A DNA stretch of 64,000 nucleotides from Eubacteriales bacterium (GCA_045644325.1 JAZRGT010000031.1:3952-67951); one strand, 5' to 3'. Counted from the stretch's first letter, positions 52,626 through 62,067 are shown. Made by a program: numbers and translations. The notes: generated by a model not told the origin, from the letters alone.

Positions 52626-54152
52626 ATGGAGGCAATTATGAAAATCAAAAGCATCATTTCGCTCATCCTCTGCCTGATTATGGCATTTTCCGCCGTTGCA
52701 TGCAGTAACACGGTCGATCCGTCCGAAACTACACCTGACGGAACAACAAACGCTCCTGCCGCAACAGTCGCTCCCGATTCTGCGCCGGCGGTCGAGGAAA
52801 CCGAGAGTCCCTACGACGAAAACGGATTCCTCAAGAGCTCTCTGCCCGAAGAACTTGACTTCGGCGGCGAGAAAGTCACTGTTCTTTGGTGGACGGACGT
52901 TGAGAATCCCGAGTTCTTTGTTGAAGGCGAAAATGGCGAAATCATTAACGACGCTATTTTCCAGCGTAACGCAAACGTTGAGTCCCAATTGGGCATTACC
53001 TTTGAGTGGGTAGGCATCAAGGGCCAGTACAACAACAACGTCGGTGCGAATTATGCAAATCACGTCGGTAATCAGTACGCAGCCGGCGACAAAACATATG
53101 ACATTATATCCGCTCACTCCTGCACTATCGCGCTCACCTCGATGTACGGCTACTGCGCAGACCTTATGAAGGCAAAGCATCTCGACTTTGAAAAGCCCTG
53201 GTGGCCCGAAGTCATGCTCGAGACAGCAACGATCGGCGATAAGATGTTCTTCGTTTCCGGTGACATTTCCACTAACTCCATCCATCAGATGTACGCGGTT
53301 TTCTATAACAAGAATCTTTTCAAGAATTATCCCCATCTCGTAGAGCCCTCGCAGTACGTTCTTGATAACAACTGGAACATCGAAACCTTCCAGATCATCA
53401 CCAAGGATATGTATCAGGACCTTGATAACTCTAACTCCGCAAATGAACACGACTTTTACGGTATGTCCACTCTGTGGTGGCATTTTGACGCTCTTTATTA
53501 CAGTTCCGGTCTGAGACAGGCAGAAAAAGATCCCGAAGAACTCTTCAAGATCTCCGATGACTACTTCAGCGATAAGGCTATCGCTCTTAACGATTCAATT
53601 GGTGCCTGGGTCAACTCAGGAACCGTGTACGTCGATAATACCAAGTACCATAAGGTATTTTGTAACGGAAACGCTCTGATGTCCCTGGCTCGTCACCATG
53701 ACATTGCAAACTACCTTACGGGTGACTTCACGCACGGTATCGTTCCTGTTCCCAAGTACAATAACGATCAGGAAAACTATATTACCTTAGTCGGCAATCC
53801 CATATCCTTCTACTCAATTTACGCCCTCTCCGAAGATATAGACCGTGCCGCAGCGGTTCTTGAATGCTGGGCAAGCGAGGCTTACCGCCTTACGTCTCCC
53901 GCGGTCTTCGAGACTACCTTCAAGCTCAGATATTCCGATACGTCTGTTGAATCCCAGATGTACGATATCATTCGCGCGGGAATCGTATTTGATTTCGGCA
54001 GACTATTCAACGACACTCTCGGCAATATGAGCGGTCAGTGGAGCTGGGGCGCATCTCAGGGCACAAGCTGGGCAACCGCAAGTAAGCCTTATGCGAGATC
54101 TCTTCCCACCAAGCTTAAAGATATCACAGACAGCTTCAAGGCTCTCAACTAA
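52626..54152 (+). CDS. Extracellular solute-binding lipoprotein (sugar-type)
   Basis: Lipobox AVACSN. It is a paralog of 45095..46606. Confidence 0.7.
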   Translation: MEAIMKIKSIISLILCLIMAFSAVACSNTVDPSETTPDGTTNAPAATVAPDSAPAVEETESPYDENGFLKSSLPEELDFGGEKVTVLWWTDVENPEFFVEGENGEIINDAIFQRNANVESQLGITFEWVGIKGQYNNNVGANYANHVGNQYAAGDKTYDIISAHSCTIALTSMYGYCADLMKAKHLDFEKPWWPEVMLETATIGDKMFFVSGDISTNSIHQMYAVFYNKNLFKNYPHLVEPSQYVLDNNWNIETFQIITKDMYQDLDNSNSANEHDFYGMSTLWWHFDALYYSSGLRQAEKDPEELFKISDDYFSDKAIALNDSIGAWVNSGTVYVDNTKYHKVFCNGNALMSLARHHDIANYLTGDFTHGIVPVPKYNNDQENYITLVGNPISFYSIYALSEDIDRAAAVLECWASEAYRLTSPAVFETTFKLRYSDTSVESQMYDIIRAGIVFDFGRLFNDTLGNMSGQWSWGASQGTSWATASKPYARSLPTKLKDITDSFKALN

Positions 54153-54182
54153 AGCTTATATAAAGCTTTTACATACCGATAT

Positions 54183-54224
54183 ACACGCAAAGAGCGACCG
54201 AAAGGTCGCTCTTTGCGTGTTTTT
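54183..54224. terminator. Bidirectional terminator between convergent genes
   Basis: Perfect 17-bp stem ACACGCAAAGAGCGACC/GGTCGCTCTTTGCGTGT with a GAAA loop, followed by TTTTT. Confidence 0.8.
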
Positions 54225-54233
54225 ATTCTATTC

Positions 54234-55472
54234 TTAAGGTTTCCAATACTCGGATATGGTCTCCTTGGCGAGTTGAACGTAGCGTTTGCCGCGTTCATAG
54301 TCGCCGAAAATAGTTCCGACCTCTCTTTGTGCCACCTCAAACAGACATCCGCTTGAAGCTTTGCTGATATCTCTGAAGCATCTTCTTATCGCGTCTTCAT
54401 CAAGGGGGCCGGGATTGGTCACGTATTCGGCTCTCGGCTTGCTGTAATATACAACTCGGGTGCCGCGCAGATATTCGCCGATCTGCTCCTCGTTATTAAA
54501 GGGAGATACCGAAAGCTTGCGCAGATTATCCCATTTTGAAAGGTAATCTACCCAAAGATTATCAACTCTTTCGCAACAGCCGTAGGAAAGCAGACCGAAG
54601 CGTTTGACCATACGGTCAAAGTAGGGATAAACGAATTCTCCGTACATATCGGGAGATACCGCAGTTGTTTCCTGCGCTTCGAGGAATCCCCAGATCTGCT
54701 TTGTGGAGGTTATTTCACCGTCGGCGGGAAGCTCGTCGGTAAAGGCAAAGGACTCCTGAGCAACGCTTGAAAATCCGTTCGTCGGCAACAGCAGCTTGTT
54801 TTCTTCAAGATAATCATAGTATTTCAAGTAAATATTCGTTGCCATATCCATCAGCTCGTGAAGCTTTTCGGGGCAATCGTACATGGACATATAGTAGGTC
54901 TCCATATTGACGAGCTTGACAAGCGGATTGGTGATAGCACCCCTCAGGGAAGACTGCATAACTCGGGCGGGCAGAATATCACCGAAAATGCTGTCGGCAA
55001 AGGCGCACCATTCCAGAGTACCCTCCATATCGACGGTAAATCCGCCGCCGCGGAAGATATCGAAATCCTCCTCTATATCGTCGGTCAGGGGCTCAATATG
55101 ATAGCCGATGGAATCCTTGGCTTTAGTTATTATAGGAGTCGCGCCGAAGGGAGAGCCCTTTACGAACACGTTTACATCAAATCTGTCAGAGATCGGCGTA
55201 TCATCGTCAAAGAGCTCGCGTCCGACCATGGAAGAGAGCAATTGTCTCTCAAGTCTGCGCGCATCCCGACCCTCGCAACGCATACGGGGATCGATAACCT
55301 CACGCGTAAAATTCGAGAAAAGCAATCTGACGGTAGGCGTATCGCGAACACCCCGAGCCTGTTTTTCCCACATTTTTATGATCTCATCATTTCTGAGGCA
55401 GTTGGCAAGCTGTGCCTTTCGCGCTGCAAGCTCACGCAATATTTCCCGATCTTTTATAGAGACGTTGACCAT
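54234..55472 (-). CDS. Conserved 412-aa protein, copy 2 (inverted paralog of 51364..52602)
   Basis: It is colinear with copy 1 over its full length (MVNVSIKDREILRELAARKAQLANC...). Confidence 0.6.
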   Translation of the reverse strand: MVNVSIKDREILRELAARKAQLANCLRNDEIIKMWEKQARGVRDTPTVRLLFSNFTREVIDPRMRCEGRDARRLERQLLSSMVGRELFDDDTPISDRFDVNVFVKGSPFGATPIITKAKDSIGYHIEPLTDDIEEDFDIFRGGGFTVDMEGTLEWCAFADSIFGDILPARVMQSSLRGAITNPLVKLVNMETYYMSMYDCPEKLHELMDMATNIYLKYYDYLEENKLLLPTNGFSSVAQESFAFTDELPADGEITSTKQIWGFLEAQETTAVSPDMYGEFVYPYFDRMVKRFGLLSYGCCERVDNLWVDYLSKWDNLRKLSVSPFNNEEQIGEYLRGTRVVYYSKPRAEYVTNPGPLDEDAIRRCFRDISKASSGCLFEVAQREVGTIFGDYERGKRYVQLAKETISEYWKP

Positions 55473-55673
55473 TGCAAAACTCTCCTGTTTTTCAATAATT
55501 TTACCTTTTAATTATACCATAAAAAAGCAGCAGTGTAAAGCCTTTGCGCTCAATTTTGAAACTCGGATAATACAAAAGCGTATAAAAAGATCAATATATA
55601 TTTCCCAAACGCTTGAAATGTTTCGCGACTCGTGATATAATTAAAGCATCAAATAACGCAAGGGAGAACCGCC

Positions 55674-56984
55674 ATGTTACAAGCAGGATTTGCAAGAGTT
55701 GATATCACCCCGCCCTTCGGGAACGACCTTTCCGGCTATTATGAGCGCCGTCTTGCCGACGGTACGCTCGATCCCCTCTATCTCAACGCCGTTGCGCTGA
55801 CGGTTGGCGAGGAGACCGTTCTTCTGATGGCTGCCGACTACATCGGCATCAAGATGGAACACAGCATCGCCATCCGCGAGCTGATCAGCGAAAGGACGGG
55901 CGTACCGACCGATCACATCCTGCTCGCCGCGCTCCATCAGCACACAAGCCCCTGCCTTGCCGATCCGACAAAGCGAGAGACCGCGCTTCGTGACAAGGTC
56001 TTTATCGACGTCGTCTACCGCCGCTTTGCGGATGCCGCAGTAATGGCACTTGACGACAGAGCCGATGCCGAGATGTCGGTAGCTGCCCGCAAAGCGGCTG
56101 AGCCGATCGCCTTTGTGCGCCGCTATTTTACCAAGGAGGCGGGTGTTGTCACAAATCCGAGCTCAAAATTTACGCTGACGGGTCGCTGTGCCGATGCCGA
56201 TAACACGGTGCGCCTCGTCCGTTTTGCGAGAAAAGATAAAAACGATATTGCCATCCTCAACTTCTCCACCCACCCCGACGTCATCGGAGGAACGAAGTGG
56301 TCTGCCGACTGGCCGGGATTTGCGCGCCGATTCCTCGAGGAGGATATTTCGGGCACGTCCTGCCTCTTCTTCACGGGCTGTCAGGGCGACTCGAATCACA
56401 ACGATTACTTCAAACCGCGCGAGGAGCGTCTCCACGGCGGACGCTACGAGCACAGCCGATATATGGGACGAACGGTTGCCGATGCCGCGATCGCCGTTTG
56501 GAATGAGATGACTCCCGTGGCGGATGACAGCATCTTTGCCGAATGCCGCACTATTTATAGCCTCACGAATACCGAGGGCATTGAAAAATATGACGAGTGC
56601 GTACAGTGGGTACGGGACTACAAGGCGGGAAAGATTCCTCCCGACACCTATACGATGGCAGACCGCGCTTTTTGCTACCGCGTTGCCGCCCTTCGTGAGC
56701 AACCCCTTTTCCGACCCGTTCCCCTTACCGTCATAGGCGTGGGCGGCGTGGTTTTCGTCGGCTTCGGCGGCGAGGCTTTCACCTCATACGGACAAAAAAT
56801 GCGTGACCTTTGCCCCGACAAATTCGTCGTTTCCGCAGTTTGCGCAAACGGCTACGAGGGCTATCTGCCGACCGCCGAGGCATTCAGTCAGGGCGGTTAC
56901 GAGGCGTGTTCCTCCTTCTTTATGCCGACGCTTGAGGAAGAAATCGTCAGCGTGGCAAAGGAAATGCTTGAAAAATTGAAATAA
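55674..56984 (+). CDS. Neutral/alkaline ceramidase-like hydrolase family protein
   Basis: The N-terminal block FARVDITPPFGNDLSGY, LHQHTSP and NFSTHPDV resemble the neutral ceramidase N-terminal domain. Confidence 0.5.
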   Translation: MLQAGFARVDITPPFGNDLSGYYERRLADGTLDPLYLNAVALTVGEETVLLMAADYIGIKMEHSIAIRELISERTGVPTDHILLAALHQHTSPCLADPTKRETALRDKVFIDVVYRRFADAAVMALDDRADAEMSVAARKAAEPIAFVRRYFTKEAGVVTNPSSKFTLTGRCADADNTVRLVRFARKDKNDIAILNFSTHPDVIGGTKWSADWPGFARRFLEEDISGTSCLFFTGCQGDSNHNDYFKPREERLHGGRYEHSRYMGRTVADAAIAVWNEMTPVADDSIFAECRTIYSLTNTEGIEKYDECVQWVRDYKAGKIPPDTYTMADRAFCYRVAALREQPLFRPVPLTVIGVGGVVFVGFGGEAFTSYGQKMRDLCPDKFVVSAVCANGYEGYLPTAEAFSQGGYEACSSFFMPTLEEEIVSVAKEMLEKLK

Positions 56985-56999
56985 AAACGAGGTTTTGAT

Positions 57000-57836
57000 A
57001 TGAAAAAAATAGGATTTGTCGATTATTTTATAAGCGAATGGCACGCTGACAATTATCCCGCTTGGATCGAGCGGATCTGTGCCGAAATGGGGGTTGATTA
57101 CAAGGTTGCCTATGCCTGGGCAGAGCTTGACACTTCGCCCGTGAGCGGAGTGAGCACGGATGAGTGGTGCGAAAAATTCGGCGCGGAGCGATGCGCGACC
57201 ATTGACGAGCTCTGCGAGAAGAGCGACGTCATCGTCATTCTCTCCCCCTCGAACCCCGAAACTCATCTGCGCTATGCTGAGGCGGTTCTCAAACACGGCA
57301 AGAGGACTTATATTGACAAGACCTTCGCGCCCGATGCGGCAACCGCAAAGGAAATCTTCGCCCTCGGCGAGCGATACAACACTCCCTTTTTCAGCACATC
57401 TGCGCTGAGATATGCCACCGAGCTTGACTCGGTCGACGAGCCCGAGAGTATGCTCGTGACGGGTGGCGGCTCCAATCTTCCCGAGTATTTCATTCATCTC
57501 GGCGAGATGACCGTCAAAAAAATGGGCGCGATCAAGAGTGTTCGAGCTACCAAAAACGGAAGTCAGTGGATAATTTCCGCCAAAACCGCAAGCGACAAGG
57601 ATGCAACTATGATATACGGCTCCGCGATGCCTTATAACGTCTATATGACCAAAGACGGAAAAGAGGCTTGGAAGTCAATAAAATCCCCCTTCTTTGACGG
57701 ATTGATCGCGGATATGCTTCGCTTTTTTGAAACGGGCAAGACGAGCTTTGCCTCTGCGGAAACGCTCGAAGTCAGCAAGCTTCGCGATGCTGTTCTGACC
57801 GCGACCGAAAATCCCGATAAGGAAATCGAAGTCTGA
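57000..57836 (+). CDS. Gfo/Idh/MocA-like Rossmann-fold protein (atypical)
   Basis: MKKIGFVDYF...SDVIVILSPSNPETHLRYAEAVLKHGKRTYIDKTFA fits the N-terminal layout of that family, but the glycine-rich loop is not canonical. Confidence 0.4.
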   Translation: MKKIGFVDYFISEWHADNYPAWIERICAEMGVDYKVAYAWAELDTSPVSGVSTDEWCEKFGAERCATIDELCEKSDVIVILSPSNPETHLRYAEAVLKHGKRTYIDKTFAPDAATAKEIFALGERYNTPFFSTSALRYATELDSVDEPESMLVTGGGSNLPEYFIHLGEMTVKKMGAIKSVRATKNGSQWIISAKTASDKDATMIYGSAMPYNVYMTKDGKEAWKSIKSPFFDGLIADMLRFFETGKTSFASAETLEVSKLRDAVLTATENPDKEIEV

Positions 57837-57851
57837 TAAAGGAGTAAAACG

Positions 57852-60101
57852 ATGATATTTTCAAGTAACTTTGTATCGGCAACTATCGAAAAAGCAACTA
57901 CGAAGAAAAACGTGGCGGCGCCCTATCTGCGCCGTGATATCGTACTCGACAAGATCCCCGAGCGGACCGAGATCACGGTCTGCGGACTTGGATTTTACGA
58001 GCTTTACGTCAACGGAAAGCGAATCACAAAGGGACATCTGTCGCCCTATATCGTCAATTCCGATCAGGTTTTGCCCTACGATCATTACGACGTAACCGAC
58101 TTGATGGTTTACGGCGAGAACACCTTTGCCTTCCACCTCGGCAACGGAATGCAAAACGGCTTCGGCGGATTTGTCTGGAGCTTTGAGCAGGCTCGGTTCA
58201 ATTCCGCGCCCAAGCTTGCATTTGCCATCGAAACGGTGACCGAGGGCAAGAAAGAGGTGATCGAGGCTGACGAAAAGATGCTTTGCCATCCCTCTCCCAT
58301 ATACTTTGACGATCTTCGTATGGGTGAAAAATATGACGCGCGGCGCGAGATCCCGAATTGGAATCTGCCCGGGTGCGATCTTTCGGATTGGACTCCCGCC
58401 ATTCCCGTTTCCACCGATCGCGGTGAGCAAATGCTTGCCTGCAACAAGCCGATCGTCGCAACGGGCGAGATGCGTGCAATTTCGATCACGAAAGAGGACG
58501 ACGCCTATATTTATGATTTCGGATACAACTGTGTCGGACTCACCCGCTTGAATATAAAGGGTAATTACGGTCAGCACATCGTCATCGACCACGGCGAGCT
58601 GATCAAAGACGGCAAATTTACCCAATCCAACATTACCTTCACCAGCTCCATTCAGTTTGGACAGCCCAAATACGTTCAGAGAACCGAATATATCTGCCGC
58701 GGCGGAGAGCCCGAGAGCTATACCCCGAGCTTTACATATTACGGCTTCCGTTACGCAAAAGTAACGGGCATCACCGAGGAGCAGGCAACGCCCGAGCTTC
58801 TGACCTACGTTATAATGAACACCGAGCTCGGCGACCGAGGCGACTTCAAATGCTCGAATGAAACCCTTAATAAGCTTCAGGAGATGACTCGCCGTTCCAC
58901 GCTCGGAAACTTCCAGCACTTCCCCAACGATTGCCCTCACAGAGAGAAAAACGGTTGGACTGCCGATGCGGCGCTTTCCGCAGAGCAGACCATTATGAAT
59001 TTCGAGCCCGAGGATAACTATCTGATGTGGGAGAGATGCATCACGCGCGCGATGGATAACCGCGGCGCGCTCCCGGGCATAGTTCCTACGGGCGGATGGG
59101 GATTTGCTTGGGGCAACGGTCCCGCGTGGGACAGCGTGCTTGTCTATCTGCCCTATTTTGCGGCAGTTCTGCGCGACGATCTTCGAATCGCTAAGGAAGC
59201 AAGCCGCGAGATGCTACGTTATTTCGCTTATCTCCGCACCCGATTTGATGAAAACGGTCTGCTTTCGATCGGTCTTGGCGACTGGTGCCCCGCCTACCCC
59301 GATTATATGCCCCCGCTGATCTTTACCGACAGCACGATCTCTTACGATCTTGCGATCAAGGCGGCGTATCTCTATGACAGACTCAATATGAAGCTTGAAG
59401 CGGACTATTGCCGTGCCTTTGCAAGCGAAATGCGGGCGTGCATCCGCGAGCATCTGCTTGATAAAGAAACTATGCGCTTCTCGAGCGGAACGCAATCCTG
59501 TCAGGCAATGGCGATATTCTACGGACTTTGCGACAGTGATGAAGAAAAGGGAAAAGCATTTTCGCTTTTGCTTGATGAGATCCGCGCAAAGGATGATCAC
59601 ATGGGTGTCGGCGTGCTTGGCGGCAGAGTGATCTTCCGCGTGCTTTGCGATTTCGGTTATGAGGATCTTGCCATTAAGATGATCACCCGCCCCGATCAGC
59701 CCTCTTACGGATGTATGATCGAGGACGGCTTGACAACGCTCGGCGAAACTCCCCGTCCCCCTTACAGCTCGCTCAACCACCATTTCTGGGGCGATATTTC
59801 CGCATTGATGATCGAATATTTTGCGGGAATCAGAGTCAACCCCGACCTCCTCGGAGCCGATCATATCGATATCGCGCCCGTGTTCGCCTCCGATATGGAC
59901 TATGCCGAAGCTTATCATCACTCGATTTGCGGCAAGGTCGAGGTAAGATGGCAGAGGAAAGCGGACTGCATCGAATTGACGCTTATCTATCCCGAGGGAA
60001 CCGTCGGTTCCGTGATCGCCCCCGCAGGTTATACCGTTAATGGTGCCCAAAAGGTTTCTGCGGCAAGCGGAAAGTATATATTTAAAAGGAAGATATTTTA
60101 A
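57852..60101 (+). CDS. GH78 alpha-L-rhamnosidase
   Basis: FYELYVNGKRI matches the N-terminal domain and NDCPHREKNGWTADA matches the six-hairpin catalytic domain. The length and C-terminal beta domain fit GH78. Confidence 0.8.
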   Translation: MIFSSNFVSATIEKATTKKNVAAPYLRRDIVLDKIPERTEITVCGLGFYELYVNGKRITKGHLSPYIVNSDQVLPYDHYDVTDLMVYGENTFAFHLGNGMQNGFGGFVWSFEQARFNSAPKLAFAIETVTEGKKEVIEADEKMLCHPSPIYFDDLRMGEKYDARREIPNWNLPGCDLSDWTPAIPVSTDRGEQMLACNKPIVATGEMRAISITKEDDAYIYDFGYNCVGLTRLNIKGNYGQHIVIDHGELIKDGKFTQSNITFTSSIQFGQPKYVQRTEYICRGGEPESYTPSFTYYGFRYAKVTGITEEQATPELLTYVIMNTELGDRGDFKCSNETLNKLQEMTRRSTLGNFQHFPNDCPHREKNGWTADAALSAEQTIMNFEPEDNYLMWERCITRAMDNRGALPGIVPTGGWGFAWGNGPAWDSVLVYLPYFAAVLRDDLRIAKEASREMLRYFAYLRTRFDENGLLSIGLGDWCPAYPDYMPPLIFTDSTISYDLAIKAAYLYDRLNMKLEADYCRAFASEMRACIREHLLDKETMRFSSGTQSCQAMAIFYGLCDSDEEKGKAFSLLLDEIRAKDDHMGVGVLGGRVIFRVLCDFGYEDLAIKMITRPDQPSYGCMIEDGLTTLGETPRPPYSSLNHHFWGDISALMIEYFAGIRVNPDLLGADHIDIAPVFASDMDYAEAYHHSICGKVEVRWQRKADCIELTLIYPEGTVGSVIAPAGYTVNGAQKVSAASGKYIFKRKIF

Positions 60102-61508
60102 ATGAAAAGATTTGTTTCTTTAATTTTCGCGATCTTGCTCGCACTTTCCGCAGTTTCCTGTGCGGGCGGCGATAACCCTGCCGAAACCACAGAAACCTCG
60201 GCGACAGCAGAAACTGTGCCCGAAACCGAGCCCGTTCCCGAGGTGGTTTCTCTGATTGGTGCGGGCGGCGAGGCGATTTATCAGATAATCCGCCCCGACG
60301 AGGGAAGCGACAGCGAAAAACAGGCGGGAATCGATCTGAAAAAGTCGCTGAAAACGCTGACGGGCGCGGAGTTTTCGCTCTCATCCGACTTTTTGATGCC
60401 CAATCAGACTCTTGATGACCTCGCGGAAGTGCCCGAGATCCTCATCGGCGCGACCAACCGCCCCGAAAGCATCGCGGCGCGCGAGGGTTTGACCGTCAAT
60501 GATTACGTCATCCGCGTCATTGGCTCAAAGATCGTCATTGCGGGCGGCTGTGATCTTATGACGAAGCGCGCTATCGAGGAATTTCTTTCGATGCTCGGCG
60601 CGGAAAACGGATTTTCGCTTGACAAAACCACCGATATCCGACGTAAGATCGAGCGCGGACCTTATATCGTTGCGCTGACCAATCAGGGCAAGGAGTACCT
60701 CGAGGTCTACGATATTTCGAGCGGCAAGCTTGACGAGAGCTCGCTCGTCTGGTCCTATAAGCTGCCCTACTACAACATCGCGGGCACGAAGCTCCGCCAT
60801 TCCGAGACTCACGGCGACGTTGCGCTTGCGGTTTGCGGCAACACCTACGGCTGTATGATCTCATACCCCGAGGGCAAGCTACTCTGGTCTACCGAGGCGG
60901 CGGCGAGCAATCCCCACAGCATCGAGCTGATGCCGAACGGCGTTATCGCGATCGCTTCAAGCACGGGCGGCGAGGTTCGCTTCTTCACCACCGACAAGAA
61001 AACAAGCCGCACTCCCGCGGCGAAGGTGACTCTTGAGGATGCTCACGGCGTGCTTTGGGATGATGAAAAGCAGGTTCTTTGGGCGATAGGCAGAACCGTG
61101 CTGACGGCATATCGCGTGACGCTCGACGGCACAAAGGTGACCGTCACCGAGGAAACCTCCCTCCGCGCGACGATCCCGAGCGACTGGTCACACGATCTTG
61201 CGCCCGTTTACGGAAACACGGGCGAGCTCTGGATCACCACAAGCTCGCACGTTTATCGCTTCAATAAAACGTCAAAGACCTTCTCCACCAACTACGCGGG
61301 TCACGAGATCCTCGACCGCAAGGACATCAAGGGCGTCGGCAACTTCGATGACGGTGCCATCGCCTATATTTATCCCGACGGCGCTTTCAAGACCTGGACG
61401 GGCCAGTCCGCATTTCTTCTGAAATCCGGCGCATCGGCAAGCGAAACGCTCACATCCGCAGACGGACATTTTTATAAGATAAGAGTTTGGGATACGAGGT
61501 ATCAGTAA
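60102..61508 (+). CDS. Secreted lipoprotein of unknown function (beta-rich C-terminal domain)
   Basis: Lipobox LSAVSCAGG. The start abuts the GH78 stop. A relic of a paralog lies at 10914..11054. Confidence 0.65.
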   Translation: MKRFVSLIFAILLALSAVSCAGGDNPAETTETSATAETVPETEPVPEVVSLIGAGGEAIYQIIRPDEGSDSEKQAGIDLKKSLKTLTGAEFSLSSDFLMPNQTLDDLAEVPEILIGATNRPESIAAREGLTVNDYVIRVIGSKIVIAGGCDLMTKRAIEEFLSMLGAENGFSLDKTTDIRRKIERGPYIVALTNQGKEYLEVYDISSGKLDESSLVWSYKLPYYNIAGTKLRHSETHGDVALAVCGNTYGCMISYPEGKLLWSTEAAASNPHSIELMPNGVIAIASSTGGEVRFFTTDKKTSRTPAAKVTLEDAHGVLWDDEKQVLWAIGRTVLTAYRVTLDGTKVTVTEETSLRATIPSDWSHDLAPVYGNTGELWITTSSHVYRFNKTSKTFSTNYAGHEILDRKDIKGVGNFDDGAIAYIYPDGAFKTWTGQSAFLLKSGASASETLTSADGHFYKIRVWDTRYQ

Positions 61509-61518
61509 TATAAGATTT

Positions 61519-61553
61519 CCGCCCAACCTCAAATGAGGTTGGGCGGGGTTTTG
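61519..61553 (+). terminator. Terminator of the lipoprotein gene
   Basis: Stem CCGCCCAACCTC/GAGGTTGGGCGG followed by GGTTTTGTT. Confidence 0.75.
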
Positions 61554-61556
61554 TTG

Positions 61557-61688
61557 GTGGTAATCTCGCTTCGCTCGAATGATAGTCGGCTACGCCGAGT
61601 GATAATCTGCCTTCGGCAGAGTGATAATTTGCCCCTATGGGGCAAAATAAAGGTGAATTTCCGCCGATGGCGGAAATTTTCTTTTTTA
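61557..61688 (+). repeat. Tandem array of five short hairpins with conserved GTGATAAT-type linkers
   Basis: The clear hairpins are TCGGC-tac-GCCGA, TCTGCC-ttc-GGCAGA, TTTGCCCC-tat-GGGGCAAA and AATTTCCGCC-gat-GGCGGAAATT, preceded by a weak fifth one (TCG/CGA within 61566-61579). GTGATAAT recurs exactly 22 nt apart at 61599 and 61621, with degenerate copies before. A T-run follows the last hairpin. Confidence 0.6.
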
Positions 61689-61732
61689 TTTACGAAATAA
61701 AAATATTATACTACCCTGATGACAAAATTCTA

Positions 61733-61761
61733 TTGACAAATGACACACTTTATAGTATAAT
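61733..61761 (+). promoter_or_regulatory. Perfect consensus promoter driving the candidate ncRNA
   Basis: TTGACA (61733-38)-17 nt-TATAAT (61756-61). Confidence 0.7.
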
Positions 61762-61767
61762 TAACTT

Positions 61768-61971
61768 GCCAAACCAATTAAATACTGCAATTCAGGTATA
61801 ATTTTTCTTAGGGAAAGTATATCTTTTTTCCTATTGGATAAAGTTAGAATTTGATAAAATGCAAATTCCGCTTTGTTCAATAGGTTATACCCATTTTGCA
61901 ATGATTGGTTTGGCGACTATTGGAGTTTGCGTTTTTGTGCGCCCGCTTCGGTAGGCGCACTTTTTGTTTTT
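61768..61971 (+). ncRNA. Candidate structured RNA of about 200 nt (sRNA or cis-regulatory leader of the 86-aa gene), class unknown
   Basis: Four nested long-range helices: 61768-78/61904-14 (11 bp), 61786-90/61896-900, 61795-801/61885-91 and 61830-36/61878-84. An intrinsic terminator GTGCGCC/GGCGCAC plus T-runs follows at 61937-71. There is no ORF. Confidence 0.5.
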
Positions 61972-62067
61972 ATGTAAACGTAAACAGATGCGCCTGACCG
62001 AAAAAACTGCTCGCAGAAGGTATGCTTACTTTGAGTATACTTTATTTTAAAATTCGGAGATAATCAA

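Noticed and set aside
52611-53483. 290-aa minus-strand ORF
   Set aside because: It is an antisense shadow of the SBP gene 52626..54152.
57861-58940. 359-aa minus-strand ORF
   Set aside because: It is an antisense shadow of the GH78 gene. The same applies to 59214..60050.
61557-61688. Possible CRISPR array
   Set aside because: The period is only about 22 nt, and the variable parts are self-complementary stems, not spacers. There is no repeat-spacer alternation and no cas genes.
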